A stretch of 64,000 nucleotides of DNA from a virus, in the IMG/VR virus record IMGVR_UViG_3300034166_000560; one strand, written 5' to 3'. Shown here in pieces: positions 38,139 to 48,208 of this stretch (position 1 is its first letter; each line of letters opens with the position of its first letter). A program made the position numbers and the translations under genes. The notes beneath the pieces were generated by a model, which was not told the origin of the DNA, did not search any database, and saw nothing but the letters and a program-made list of their open reading frames with translations.

Positions 38139-38407
38139 TTTCAAAACTCCTTATATTCTCAGTATACCGTATTCTGGATATATGACAAGCGGAAACTGGA
38201 CCATTACTCCACTTTTTTTGAAAATAATTTTGGGCTGGTGGTGGCCTCCACCCTCCCGCCTTCCCTATTACTATACCTGATCCCAGCCAAAATGTCAAGC
38301 GACGACTCGACCATACGAGCAAAAATAAAACTGCGCCCTACAGCACAGTCTTAGCTTGCTTTATTATTGGATTGTAGTAATATTATAATAGAAATAAGGA
38401 GAGCAAA

Positions 38408-38584
38408 ATGTTAAAACTCCACCGTTTAAATAAAGCCGAAAATATTAATGATGAATATAATAATATTAATAACGTGGTGGCTTATATAGTTAGTGAGGGT
38501 TTTATGGGCCATGATACGGTCGTCGGTTACGTTTATTTAAATGAAAATAATAAACTCCGACGGGAATATTGCGGCTGGCTTTAA
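38408..38584 (+). CDS. Small hypothetical protein (58 aa)
   Basis: Manual translation MLKLHRLNKAENINDEY..EYCGWL; AAGGAG RBS and TTGCTT..TAATAT promoter. Confidence 0.55.
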   Translation: MLKLHRLNKAENINDEYNNINNVVAYIVSEGFMGHDTVVGYVYLNENNKLRREYCGWL

Positions 38585-38731
38585 TATAATAAAATAGTAA
38601 TTCACCGGAGCTAATAGTTTAATTACTATGGCTCTTGGTGATTACTGGGGCTTTATAATAATTAATAAACACACCGACCAAACAACGATTACATTTCTAA
38701 AACGGGATTTAAATTCCCCCTAAATATTCCC

Positions 38732-39504
38732 CTAATTACTCCCCTCCTCTCGTTTTAATTCCTCTACGATTTCATTCGCCAAATCTATTTGTTCAAAGTA
38801 ATCTAATATCTTATTCTCCCATTCCATAATATCAGCGTAATCAGCCCCGAATATAGCGGCAAACGATAGAGTAACTTCCTCTTCTAATAGTTTATTCCCA
38901 TTAGTAGTATCAATTACGGTTAATAGGCCAGCGTATTCGTGTACCCTAGTAACCTTACAGGCGTAACGATTATCTAATTCCGCTTCCCATATTGGTTTCA
39001 TTTAAACCATTCCTTTCTCAATTCCCCTAGTATATCAATAAACCATTTTGGCCCGAATACTAATACGCCTATTGCTAGTAATATAGAGCCGAATGATAGA
39101 ATTAGACGGGAGGCGATATTTAATAGTAGTTTCATTTAGGCTTATCCTTATTCATTTCTATATTATGGAGGTCAATAATCAATTGGAGCAATTGTAATTG
39201 AGTTCTATCATATCCTATTCCGGCATATGTTTTACTCTTTTCTTTTGCTTCAACTAATCTAGTATAATGACGCTTTTCGTTATTAATCCATTCTATTTGT
39301 TTGGGCGTTAATATCATTTTAATCCCCCTCAATCTTAATATTCTTCCAATCCGGGAGTAATTCGAATAATACCCGTTTCGCCTCTTTAATTGATTTACTC
39401 TCTACTATTTCCTCTACCCTTACCGGATAATAATCATTATCATATAAAGCGGCAATTAAACGGTAATATTCGCCGTATTTCTCTATAGTAACTCGCTTTT
39501 CCAT
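38732..39504 (-). other. Small hypothetical ORFs (38732-39001, 39132-39318, 39319-39504)
   Basis: RBS-preceded ORFs downstream of promoter TTGTCA..TAGAAT (~39556-39528). Confidence 0.55.
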
Positions 39505-39691
39505 TTCGTTTCTCCTCTTATATTATCATTCTACCCTATTCCGGGAAAATGACAAGCGGCGACTGGAGTGTAGGAGACAAGTTGACTATCAAAATTATTT
39601 TAAAAAAAATGGAGTTATGGCTCAGTTAGCGCTTGCGTTTTTCGAGGATTGAGGTAATATAAGAATATAAGCTGAAATGAAGGAAACTGAA

Positions 39692-40734
39692 ATGACCTAT
39701 TCCTACCCGACTAAAACTGAGCTGTTCTCCGTTATGGCTCAGACTACGTTTAAGCCTTTTGATAAAATGGACTGGGACGCCTTTGCGGGCTGCGAAACTA
39801 AAAATCCGCTTATCGGTTACTACGGCGATTTTACTATTGTAATTGACGGCGGTTTAATTAATATAGTCCATTCCGAGGATATGTATGGCGGTCAATTGTT
39901 TGAATTAAACAAATTGGCCTAATTCTAATATAATAGGAGAATTACTATGGATAATATCAATAGAGAATGGGTTATTCGCACAAACGAATTAGCCGATTTA
40001 TATGATAATAAACAGGTTAATTTAGACGAATTCTCCGACGACCAGTTAGTATATCTGGCCTATTGGAATTGGGGTTATTCCGGTGCAGCTAAAGCCAAAG
40101 AGGCGCTAGAATGCGAGGCGGAATTAATTCGTCGTGGCAATCCTTATAATCAGGAATACGCCGATAAATTACTCGATTTATGCGAGGATTATCAATGAAA
40201 TATAATCTATCTGAATGGGAATTACAGGATATTGTTGACTTACTAGAGCATTCAGGCTATAGTAGCGATGATATTACATTCGCTGATTATAAACATATGA
40301 ATAGATACGGCCAAGCTGTGTTTACTATCGGCTACGACGATATTGACGGCGAGCCTGGAACTGGTCGAGTCTACGTTTCGATAAAAGATGGGCGCTTTGT
40401 AGCTGAGTTCTAGGTCATTCAGTAGGTCAACTCATAGGTCAGGAGATAGGTCATGAAGTTCCGTGTCACCAATAACTACCGTGATTCTAATATGACTGGC
40501 TTCCTTGGCGAAGTCAATACTACCTACGCTCGCCTTGTTGAAGTGTTTGGTCAGCCACTAAGCGGCTCTGGCGACGGGAAGGTAAACTCCGAATGGATTA
40601 TTAGGTTTGCCGACGGCAATGTAGCCACTATTTACGATTGGAAATTGCCGGAGACGCCTACCGAGGATTATTCCTGGCATATTGGCGGTCATAAGCGCTT
40701 CGTAGTGGCTCGGGTGGCGGCGTTGGTCGCCTAG
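39692..40734 (+). other. Four-gene plus-strand early operon of small acidic proteins (39692-39922, 39947-40198, 40195-40413, 40453-40734)
   Basis: Each ORF has an AGGA/GGAG RBS; transcribed from the right arm of the inverted repeat. Confidence 0.65.
40411..40453 (+). repeat. Four TAGGTCA direct repeats at exact 12-nt period
   Basis: Copies start at 40411, 40423, 40435, 40447. Confidence 0.9.
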
Positions 40735-40825
40735 TAGGTCAACGTGTAGGTCACAGCGTAGGTCATTCAGTTGGTCAACGGGTTGGTCAGGGTGTAGGTC
40801 AGCCCATTGGTCGTTGTCTAGGTCA
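40723..40825 (+). repeat. Nine TWGGTCR direct repeats at exact 12-nt period
   Basis: Copies start at 40723, 40735, 40747, 40759, 40771, 40783, 40795, 40807, 40819 with variable 5-nt spacers. Confidence 0.92.
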
Positions 40826-40907
40826 GCTGTTAAGCGTCTTAATTAATGCATCAACAATAGTAATTACAAATAGCCAATATACTAGGCCAATCATCATTCC
40901 TAATAAT

Positions 40908-41135
40908 CTAGGCATCATCATCTCCAATATATTTCTTCCACTCTTCACTAGTAATTCCAGTCTTAATAAACTCTCGCTGTCCCGCTGATAGGTCAGGGAA
41001 TGCATCTTCAATATAAAGTTTACCGTGAGTCCAGGCCAGATAGCGGCGCTCAAACTCGTCCTGTTCGTATTGGTCAATCAGTAGGGTATGCCACTGGTCA
41101 GATATTGGTGATTGCTTGGTTATTCTAGCGGGCAT
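40908..41135 (-). CDS. Conserved small phage hypothetical protein
   Basis: I.DAFP.LS..QREFI.TGIT.EEW motif recurrent in phages. Confidence 0.65.
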   Translation of the reverse strand: MPARITKQSPISDQWHTLLIDQYEQDEFERRYLAWTHGKLYIEDAFPDLSAGQREFIKTGITSEEWKKYIGDDDA

Positions 41136-41719
41136 GGTAATAAATTCTCGCCTTGTTTCATAAACTGAAATACAATAGAATATCTGGGCGTTGTAGCAAT
41201 AGAGGAAATAGGAACTGGCTTATGCATTAGGCCAGAATCAAATATTACTATTCTTCCTGGCTTCGCTGCCACTGCAATCTCGCACTCGCCATTCTTATTA
41301 CAGAATAGAGTCTCGCCTTGCCAATCCTTATCCCAATTACTATTGGCGTAATAGAGCATTGTCTGGTCGCCTGTATCCCTCGGAGCTCCAGCGTCGACAT
41401 GCCAGAAATACTTCGAGCCTTCCAGAATAGCATTACACCAGCATCGAGTTAATACTCTGGCTGTCAGAGTCTCGTCTAATAGATGCATAATATTCTGTCC
41501 CTCGAAGAAAGACAGATTGACGATATCCTCTTTACTAAAAGACGAAGAGGGATATATGTATGCACTATGCTCTTGAAGAGTCGTAGAGGATGAACGGAAT
41601 TGGAAATACGATTGGGTGAGGAATTTGTGTATGAAATAGACTTTCTGAGGATCGAATACGTCGTCGAATATACGTATTTTATCTCCTGTAGTCGTAATCA
41701 AAAAACTATATTTCATCAT
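41120..41719 (-). CDS. 2OG-Fe(II) oxygenase (prolyl-hydroxylase-like)
   Basis: WHVD, T.LYY.N..W...W.GET.F, PGR...FD....H, R.S. Confidence 0.85.
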   Translation of the reverse strand: MMKYSFLITTTGDKIRIFDDVFDPQKVYFIHKFLTQSYFQFRSSSTTLQEHSAYIYPSSSFSKEDIVNLSFFEGQNIMHLLDETLTARVLTRCWCNAILEGSKYFWHVDAGAPRDTGDQTMLYYANSNWDKDWQGETLFCNKNGECEIAVAAKPGRIVIFDSGLMHKPVPISSIATTPRYSIVFQFMKQGENLLPCPLE

Positions 41720-41731
41720 ATCATCCTATAG

Positions 41732-41756
41732 GAAAAGAGGGGAATGAATCCCCTCT
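41732..41756 (-). terminator. Intrinsic terminator
   Basis: AGAGGGGA-TTCAT-TCCCCTCT-TTT on the minus strand. Confidence 0.65.
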
Positions 41757-41758
41757 AA

Positions 41759-43522
41759 TTATTCGTTTGGAAAATTGTCAATTAGATTGACACCATTCTC
41801 AGTAAGAACATTGATGAGATCGTTTCTGTATTCTTCTAGCTTTGCTTTATCAGAGCCAGACAATGAACAATTGTAACCGTCTGCAAGCTGCGAATCTGGA
41901 ATTACTCTGATTCCACCAGTGTTCTCTGTATTAGTGAAATTGTTAGACAATGGATTCTTAGGATTCAACGGAACAGAAGTGTAATTGGTATAAATGATAC
42001 GGAATCCATAAGAGTTTTCGCTATAAGTTACGACTGGCGTAATATATTCAATTGCAGATAGCTTAATAAGACCCTTTGCAACAGGAATTCTATAATATTT
42101 CTCAGCCATTTTAATCTCCTTGTATTGGCAGAACAATTATGGTGTATTTATTAGAACTCTTGAATTACCATTTTCTTGTCAACGCAGGTATATAGATGAC
42201 CCGTGTTATTCTTACCGTAGGAATAAGTTCTATCGAGATAGACGCCACCAGCCTCTGCGCAGCGAATAGACTCTTGACTTACCTGTTCTTGACGACCACT
42301 ATCGAGATAGATAGCAATTCCAATGAACACAATCAATCCAAATAATAAGCTGCCGACCATTAGACTTTCAGCTTTCGGTGTCATTAGTATTTCTCCAGAG
42401 CGTCGAGCAGCAGCTTCGCCATATCAACTGATATTGCTACCTGCTCATATGTTCTATTTCTACTGACTATATCATCCAGCTTATCACGGAGATAATCAAT
42501 ACTACGGAGATAGGTATCGTCGAGATGCGCCGCTCGTTGCGCCTCTTCAAACCACTGTTTCTCTTGCGTCATTATTCGTGCACCTCAAAGATATGCCAGA
42601 CCAGCTGAGTAAGATGTCCAGTCTGGACTGTCTTAACATATTCATAATGCTTCTTATCGTAGTCTACCATCTCGAAGCCAGTACCAAATACATGGAATAC
42701 ATACTTACGCTTCTCTTTCTTAGGATTAACAATCGCCCAGATCATAGGCATTCCGCCCTGATTCTGAATATCGAGGATCTTTGCGCCCCTCGGCATTTCA
42801 ATCTCATAAATGGCGTTGTGATGGATATCTACGCCCAGCGGATATTTGTATATCATTTTCATTTTGTAACCTTCCTACATTCCATTTCTGTAAAGTTAGG
42901 CAGATGCACCCACTCGTAACCAGCAGAGATACAATCCTTCTGTCTCATCGTAAACAGATAGTTGGAATATGATGTTGATGCCGCAATTGCGATCGCAGCA
43001 ATAAGAAAACATCCAATAAAAATCAAAAACCCTTTGCCTTCGTCGCTCATCGTTTTACTTCCATTACCGATAGTTGGTGTTTAATGGCGCTGGAATTTAC
43101 AAAGAATTCCGCCCAATAAGTATTATCAAACACTGCGATAACAACCTTATGACTACCCCAAGGGCTATAAACTACAGCATATAGTTTAGACTTCTTACCC
43201 TTTTCCCAGGTAACGTCGAATGATTCTTCTTTAACCTTTAAGAGTTTCATTTCTTTGTCTCATATACAATGATAGTCTTTTCCACAGGAATTACCTCTGG
43301 ACATTCTATTTCGTCAGGCTCATATTCATATGGGTCTTCGTCTTGATATTCAGTAGCACCTGTGCTATAGGAAGTTTTATATAACTTATCCTCAAACTTG
43401 AAGATCATACTATATTTAAGTGACCATCTAGTATGACCAGTCATTTTTTGTTCAATGACTTCAAAGCCATCAACATAACATTCATATGCTAATTCTTGTA
43501 GGAGTTCTTTCTTGAATTTCAT
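41759..43522 (-). other. Array of small hypothetical ORFs (41759-42109, 42151-42384, 42384-42572, 42572-42862, 42859-43050, 43047-43250, 43247-43522)
   Basis: Coupled co-directional ORFs; several have one TM helix. Confidence 0.55.
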
Positions 43523-43691
43523 TATGGTTTCTCCACTACTACATAATTGGCGTTGATACGTTGATTTTGCAATGAATCTTTCCATTGCCGACCTGCAACA
43601 TTCGCTGCATTCTTATCAACGAAATCAATAGAGTGTATTGCGAGGCCACCATCTACATGGGTTGACTGTATTGTCATAATTAGAACATAAA

Positions 43692-44072
43692 TCATGCCGC
43701 TTCCTCTACTTCTCTAACATGAGAACAACTACGCCTATAGCCAAAACCAGTACAGTTGCAAGCGAGGCTCCCATCATCGCAAAGAGTGACAGTGTAGGAT
43801 TTGTCACCCCGAGGGATACTGACCATTGTATTGCTGTTATCAGCAGAGATACCGCCAACGCCCAACCAGCCACAAATAATACTATCCTTGTGAAGTATAC
43901 GAAATGGAGCATCTTTATCACCAGTTGTTAGAACAAACCAATTGTCGTCCAGCCATGGGAACCGAGGGACGATATCGCCAGTATAGTCATTATATTCAGG
44001 GATAACGCAGCTAGTAGCGTAACGATGTCGAACATCATAACGAGGATCCTTCATACGAACCGTGAGGCGCAT
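43692..44072 (-). CDS. SWIM zinc-finger protein
   Basis: YTV......CNCTGF.YRR.C.H C-terminal SWIM motif. Confidence 0.75.
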   Translation of the reverse strand: MRLTVRMKDPRYDVRHRYATSCVIPEYNDYTGDIVPRFPWLDDNWFVLTTGDKDAPFRILHKDSIICGWLGVGGISADNSNTMVSIPRGDKSYTVTLCDDGSLACNCTGFGYRRSCSHVREVEEAA

Positions 44073-44081
44073 AACAATCTC

Positions 44082-44372
44082 CTAAAGGGGAGCGAACTTG
44101 TATATCTTACCCTCTTTGGTGTATATTGTCAAGCCAGAAATGTAGTGGCAAGATTTCTGCGGAGGGATTGCCCAGTGATATCCCTCAGGTATAATACGGT
44201 AGAGAGTGTAGTCTGCACACTCTCCACCATTCTCTACGATACGAGTAATCGTCATTGTCTTATTGGCGTTGCAGTGGATCTGCCCGTCTGTATGTTTCTT
44301 AGCACACTCGATATCTTCTTTGCCGTAGGCTATTGACGGCAGAAGCAATAGAGCGTATACTAATCGTTTCAT
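44082..44372 (-). CDS. Secreted/periplasmic hypothetical protein
   Basis: MKRLVYALLLLPSIAYG signal peptide, 4 Cys. Confidence 0.5.
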   Translation of the reverse strand: MKRLVYALLLLPSIAYGKEDIECAKKHTDGQIHCNANKTMTITRIVENGGECADYTLYRIIPEGYHWAIPPQKSCHYISGLTIYTKEGKIYKFAPL

Positions 44373-44812
44373 CAGAAGTCTCCTGGCGCTACTTGGAAGC
44401 AGCGGAGTCCAGCGGCTCTCCACATCTTAACCACTCGATCACGATCGTCAAATACTAGCACAGGCTCGTATCCCATTTCATAGATCTGCTCGAGCAATTC
44501 GAACTTTACGATATCGTCATCACGACGATCTCCCAGCTTACGCATAAAGAGAGCGTTGTATGGAATATCGTGTTCGTGTAGCCATTCGAGCGTATCCTCT
44601 CGACACTTTTCGTCACGACCAGTGCAGAGAACAATCTTAATACCAGCGGCGGCAGCGAGATCGAGGATCTCTACCATCTGCTCGATTGGCTCGTCCTTAT
44701 GCGCATTGGCGTGCCATTTATCCCAGTCTTTATGACCATTAGTGATGTAATGAATACGATGCTCGTTGTTGGCAATCGTTCCATCAATATCCACGATATA
44801 ACACTTCATCAT
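44372..44812 (-). CDS. HAD-family polynucleotide 3'-phosphatase (PseT/Pnkp C-terminal domain-like)
   Basis: DIDGT, TGR, LFMR..GD.RDD.IVK, FDDR..VV.MWR..GL.C.QV..GDF. Confidence 0.88.
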   Translation of the reverse strand: MMKCYIVDIDGTIANNEHRIHYITNGHKDWDKWHANAHKDEPIEQMVEILDLAAAAGIKIVLCTGRDEKCREDTLEWLHEHDIPYNALFMRKLGDRRDDDIVKFELLEQIYEMGYEPVLVFDDRDRVVKMWRAAGLRCFQVAPGDF

Positions 44813-44820
44813 TTCACCTC

Positions 44821-45504
44821 TTATGACATAAACTCTTCGAACAGATTTACTACATCTTCAATCGTTTGGATATAGATAGCGAACTTCTGTTCCTTGCCGT
44901 CGTCGTGGACTTTCGAGTAACCATTCTTCTTCAGCCACTCTCGCATTGTAGCCTTCTGCGTGTTCAACTCGTCACCATAGGCATTGATCTCGAATGTAAC
45001 CTTGATAGGATCGTCAGAGTCTGGGTTCCACCACCACATCATATACATTTTGTTTCGTGCAATGGACAGGAAGAATGCAGTCGTTGCATTCAGCTTAACC
45101 TCACGAAGTCGACCACGGAATGTGCTATAATTATCGAGATACCACGACGGGAAAGATTCAAACATATCATACTGTTCGCTCTTGAAGCTAGAGAACATTG
45201 ACGATAGCGAAGCCATAACAAAACATTCCTTATAGTGACCAGAGACAGTATTGCCATCTGGAGATTGGGTGGCAATCAGATATGATTCCAACAGAAAGGA
45301 TTGCCAGTCTTTCTTGTTTTCAAACTTTTCAAGATTTCTTGCGACGATGTAACACTCTTCTGGGTTCAAACCCTTTTCAATCACGTGAGCGTAACAACGG
45401 TCTCCATTACCCTTGCCAGTGTAATATGGTTTACCCTCTGAATCAATATACTGATATACATATTGACCTAGAGTCGCAAAGAATTCTTGCGTGGGCTTTT
45501 CCAT
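44821..45504 (-). CDS. GIY-YIG/LEM-3-like nuclease domain protein
   Basis: YVYQY.D..G.PYY.GKG.GDR...H, ES.LI, N...GH. Confidence 0.65.
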   Translation of the reverse strand: MEKPTQEFFATLGQYVYQYIDSEGKPYYTGKGNGDRCYAHVIEKGLNPEECYIVARNLEKFENKKDWQSFLLESYLIATQSPDGNTVSGHYKECFVMASLSSMFSSFKSEQYDMFESFPSWYLDNYSTFRGRLREVKLNATTAFFLSIARNKMYMMWWWNPDSDDPIKVTFEINAYGDELNTQKATMREWLKKNGYSKVHDDGKEQKFAIYIQTIEDVVNLFEEFMS

Positions 45505-45625
45505 TTGTTCCTCTTCGGACGTCTATTCTTATTAACTCTACGGATATAGAATGACCACGACCCTACGAAAAACTCATCATAGGGTCGTAGCCACGTATCC
45601 CTTCTGTACACATAGATTATACCAT

Positions 45626-46447
45626 TTATCTGCAGCATGTAACCTTCGCAACAGTTTGCCAATTGGCGTTAGTCTTACGGATAGAGGCAATTTTAAGAGC
45701 CATACGCAGCGACAACTCACGGAGATTTTCGCTATACGCCTCGATGAACGTAAGAACATCCACCTGCTCGTCGAGATCGAGATCAGAGAGCAATCCCTGA
45801 GCAACTACCTGACGAATACGCACCAGATAGTCACGACGGCTCTTCATCGCCAGATCCAGGTAATGAGCACGAGACACCATCGCCTGCAAATGCGGAGCCA
45901 GTTTATGGCCACGATCGATCATAGCGTCGAAGTCGTAGTTCGAGATAAACACGATTGTACCCTCGAACACAAACGAGCGAGGAACAAGTTCGCCAGTCTC
46001 TTCTTCGAGCAGCCGACCCTCGGAAAGCCAAGACACGACACGACGCTCAGTCGTATCGCAAACCGCCTTCAGAAGATTGAGAGACACGTCGTCAAAGAAA
46101 ATGGCATCGGCGTCATCGAATACGAGAACCTGACCAGCCTCACGATAGGCGTAGAGCAGCTTGACGAGACCAGTCGCACGGACGTATCCCTTCGTAATAG
46201 CGTAGTTGTTACCCGAAGGATCCCACGCCTCGAGTTTCTTCTCGACAGTATAGGATTTACCGAGTCCAGCCGGACCACTGACGATAAGCGCACGGGAGTT
46301 ACCAGCGATACAGCTGTCAGTCAATGCCTCGAGGATATCGAACCGTTCACTAATACGCTGTTCGATCTCGTCGTCTGTCTCGGCGACAGCGGCCAGAGCG
46401 GCAATAGCGTCAACATTATCTTTATGGGCACGAACACCACGAGGCAT
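45626..46447 (-). CDS. P-loop AAA-type ATPase
   Basis: Walker A GPAGLGKS, Walker B VLVFDDAD, LNLLKA.CD, F.F.G...FISN, SR; own sigma70-like promoter at ~46473-46501. Confidence 0.82.
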   Translation of the reverse strand: MPRGVRAHKDNVDAIAALAAVAETDDEIEQRISERFDILEALTDSCIAGNSRALIVSGPAGLGKSYTVEKKLEAWDPSGNNYAITKGYVRATGLVKLLYAYREAGQVLVFDDADAIFFDDVSLNLLKAVCDTTERRVVSWLSEGRLLEEETGELVPRSFVFEGTIVFISNYDFDAMIDRGHKLAPHLQAMVSRAHYLDLAMKSRRDYLVRIRQVVAQGLLSDLDLDEQVDVLTFIEAYSENLRELSLRMALKIASIRKTNANWQTVAKVTCCR

Positions 46448-46493
46448 GACTATCTCCTTCAAGCTATAAGATATTATACCCTAGATACGGATA

Positions 46494-47452
46494 CTAGTCA
46501 ACATCTTCCTCTTCCGGAGTCTCTACACCGAAGAACCGATCGATATGTTCTGCGATCCGACTCGACTCTCGAGAATAGAATACGAAGTCGCCCATCTCCT
46601 GTCGATGATCCTTGTCTACGTATTCGAAGCCACCGTAGTATTCGATCGTTCCTGCACGGAACTTATCTACGGCGATATACTCCTGATTGATATAGATAGG
46701 GCCACAGCGACTGTCGAGTCCTACGTTGTCTCGCCCTGAGTATATCAGTTCGAAATGATCCTGAATATGGTTCTCGATCTTACGATTGATCTCGTAGAGA
46801 AAGTCTCCCGTTTCGCACCAATCAGTATTCATTGTCAAGTTCCTCTCCTGAAGCAACAATACGGATACGATCAGCCCAAATAAGAGCCTCTCCGACTCGC
46901 TCGAGCATGTTGTTGTCTAGGTTATGACCACCCTCTTTGAGATATTCCCAGATAAGAGTGGATACTTCTCGAGCCTCTTCTCGAGTGATTGACCATTCCT
47001 CTTTCATCAGATAGTCGCCTCTGTTAGATCTAGAGAATGAATATGCACCATCTCGAATTTAGTAGGATTTAACATTTGATAAAGATACCTATGATCGAAT
47101 GCTTCCATATGGGAGTTGTAATATCCCAAGATTTTTGTTTGCATATCTTCATAGATACCAACGAGAACCCAGATTTTCATTATGCCCTCCGGAGCAGCGA
47201 GCCAGAAACCTTCCACTGGGAAGTAGACGTATTGACCGTAACAGTCTTCTGATTAATACGAGCCACAGTACCCGTGATAGTCTCGCCAGAGCGAGTCTCG
47301 AACTTAACCTTATCGCCCTTCGCAAAGAGAATAGTCGCACGACGCTGCATCTCCTTGAATTTAATAGAGACAGCCTGGGACATAGAGCGGATCTCCTCCG
47401 GAGAGAAAGAACCAGAGAGAATAGCGGCATTAATCTGGGAAGCAGTCTTCAT
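46494..47452 (-). other. Small early hypothetical ORFs (46494-46832, 46822-47007, 47007-47180, 47180-47452)
   Basis: Coupled ORFs downstream of promoter cassette copy 2. Confidence 0.55.
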
Positions 47453-47508
47453 TTCAATCTCCTCATCAACCATAGACATAGTATAGCCTGATCTTTTAAA
47501 AAAGTCAA
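47451..47508 (-). promoter_or_regulatory. Early promoter-leader-RBS cassette (copy 2)
   Basis: TTGACT(47508-03)-17-TATACT(47485-80)..GGTTGATGAGGAGATTGAAATG. Confidence 0.8.
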
Positions 47509-48149
47509 GCAGCCTTTTTCATTCGACGGATCTTGGCCATCATGCGAGATCCGTGAGCAGGATAGGCAACGACAGACACAGTCTTATCCCAGCAAGCACG
47601 GCACTCGCCACACTTACCGCCACGGGAATAGGCTCCACAGACCGTAGCAGTCGTCTCATCCTCGGCGTAGGAAATAACCGTAGCGCCGTGATCTTCCGTA
47701 TACTCGCCAGTGATAGACGGCGAGGAATAGCGGACAGAGGCATTCTCGAGAGCCTTCATACGCTCAAGAACTGCACGGATTTTCGGGATATTGTAGGATT
47801 TGGTGGGAAGCCAATGTTTGACGTGCGGAGTCTTCTGCATAACCAGAAAGATCTTAAACGCCAGAGCAGGATGATAGACGTCTCCCGAGTCAAACCAGCG
47901 GAAATACTTCTGCTTCTTCAGAGCCTCGACCATCTCGTCGACCCATTCGGCTCGTTTCCAATCCTCACGGTTGGCATCACGGACTCGCTTGGAGTTCGGC
48001 ATATTATACATGCCATCTTTAGCATAGCAGCCAGCACAGACCGGAAGCGGCTGTTTCGAAACGGGATCAATGGATCCAGGACAGGTATTACCCGCTTGGA
48101 GAGACCAGGATTTAGCAGGCATCTTAGAGGCTTTAGACAGGGTGACCAT
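47505..48149 (-). CDS. Gp88-like Cys-rich (radical-SAM-related) phage protein
   Basis: SKMP..SWSL.A..CP....C..CYA, FRWFDSGD, TP...HWLPT, C.......C..CR.CW, Y..H. Confidence 0.75.
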   Translation of the reverse strand: MVTLSKASKMPAKSWSLQAGNTCPGSIDPVSKQPLPVCAGCYAKDGMYNMPNSKRVRDANREDWKRAEWVDEMVEALKKQKYFRWFDSGDVYHPALAFKIFLVMQKTPHVKHWLPTKSYNIPKIRAVLERMKALENASVRYSSPSITGEYTEDHGATVISYAEDETTATVCGAYSRGGKCGECRACWDKTVSVVAYPAHGSRMMAKIRRMKKAA

Positions 48150-48205
48150 TTCAATCTCCTCATCAAGTATACGTATAGTATACCCCGGATCTTTTAAAAA
48201 GTCAA
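48149..48205 (-). promoter_or_regulatory. Early promoter-leader-RBS cassette (copy 3)
   Basis: TTGACT(48205-00)-17-TATACT(48182-77)..TTGATGAGGAGATTGAAATG. Confidence 0.8.
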
Positions 48206-48208
48206 CAC

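Larger units (their letters stand above)
38150..39671. repeat. Imperfect 82-83-bp inverted repeat (38150-38232 / 39590-39671), each arm an outward-facing promoter with an A-tract UP element
   Basis: CTTATATTCT..CAAGCG..AACTG..CCAT.ACTCCA.TTTTTTT.AAAATAATTTTG matches the reverse complement of 39590-39671. Confidence 0.75.

Noticed and set aside
40411-40825. Possible CRISPR mini-array
   Set aside because: 7-nt repeats with 5-nt spacers are far too short and no cas genes are present; reported as an iteron-like array instead
44821-45504. Homing endonuclease / mobile element call
   Set aside because: A GIY-YIG-like N-terminus is present, but there is no interrupted gene or recognisable DNA-binding repeat, so mobility cannot be supported
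45551-46690. 379-aa plus-strand ORF
   Set aside because: Antisense shadow of the AAA ATPase and its neighbour; no RBS or motifs; explained by codon bias of the real genes
47553-48197. 214-aa plus-strand ORF (likewise 37146-37727, 22210-22767, 32897-33319)
   Set aside because: Antisense to well-supported minus-strand genes that have their own promoters and RBSs
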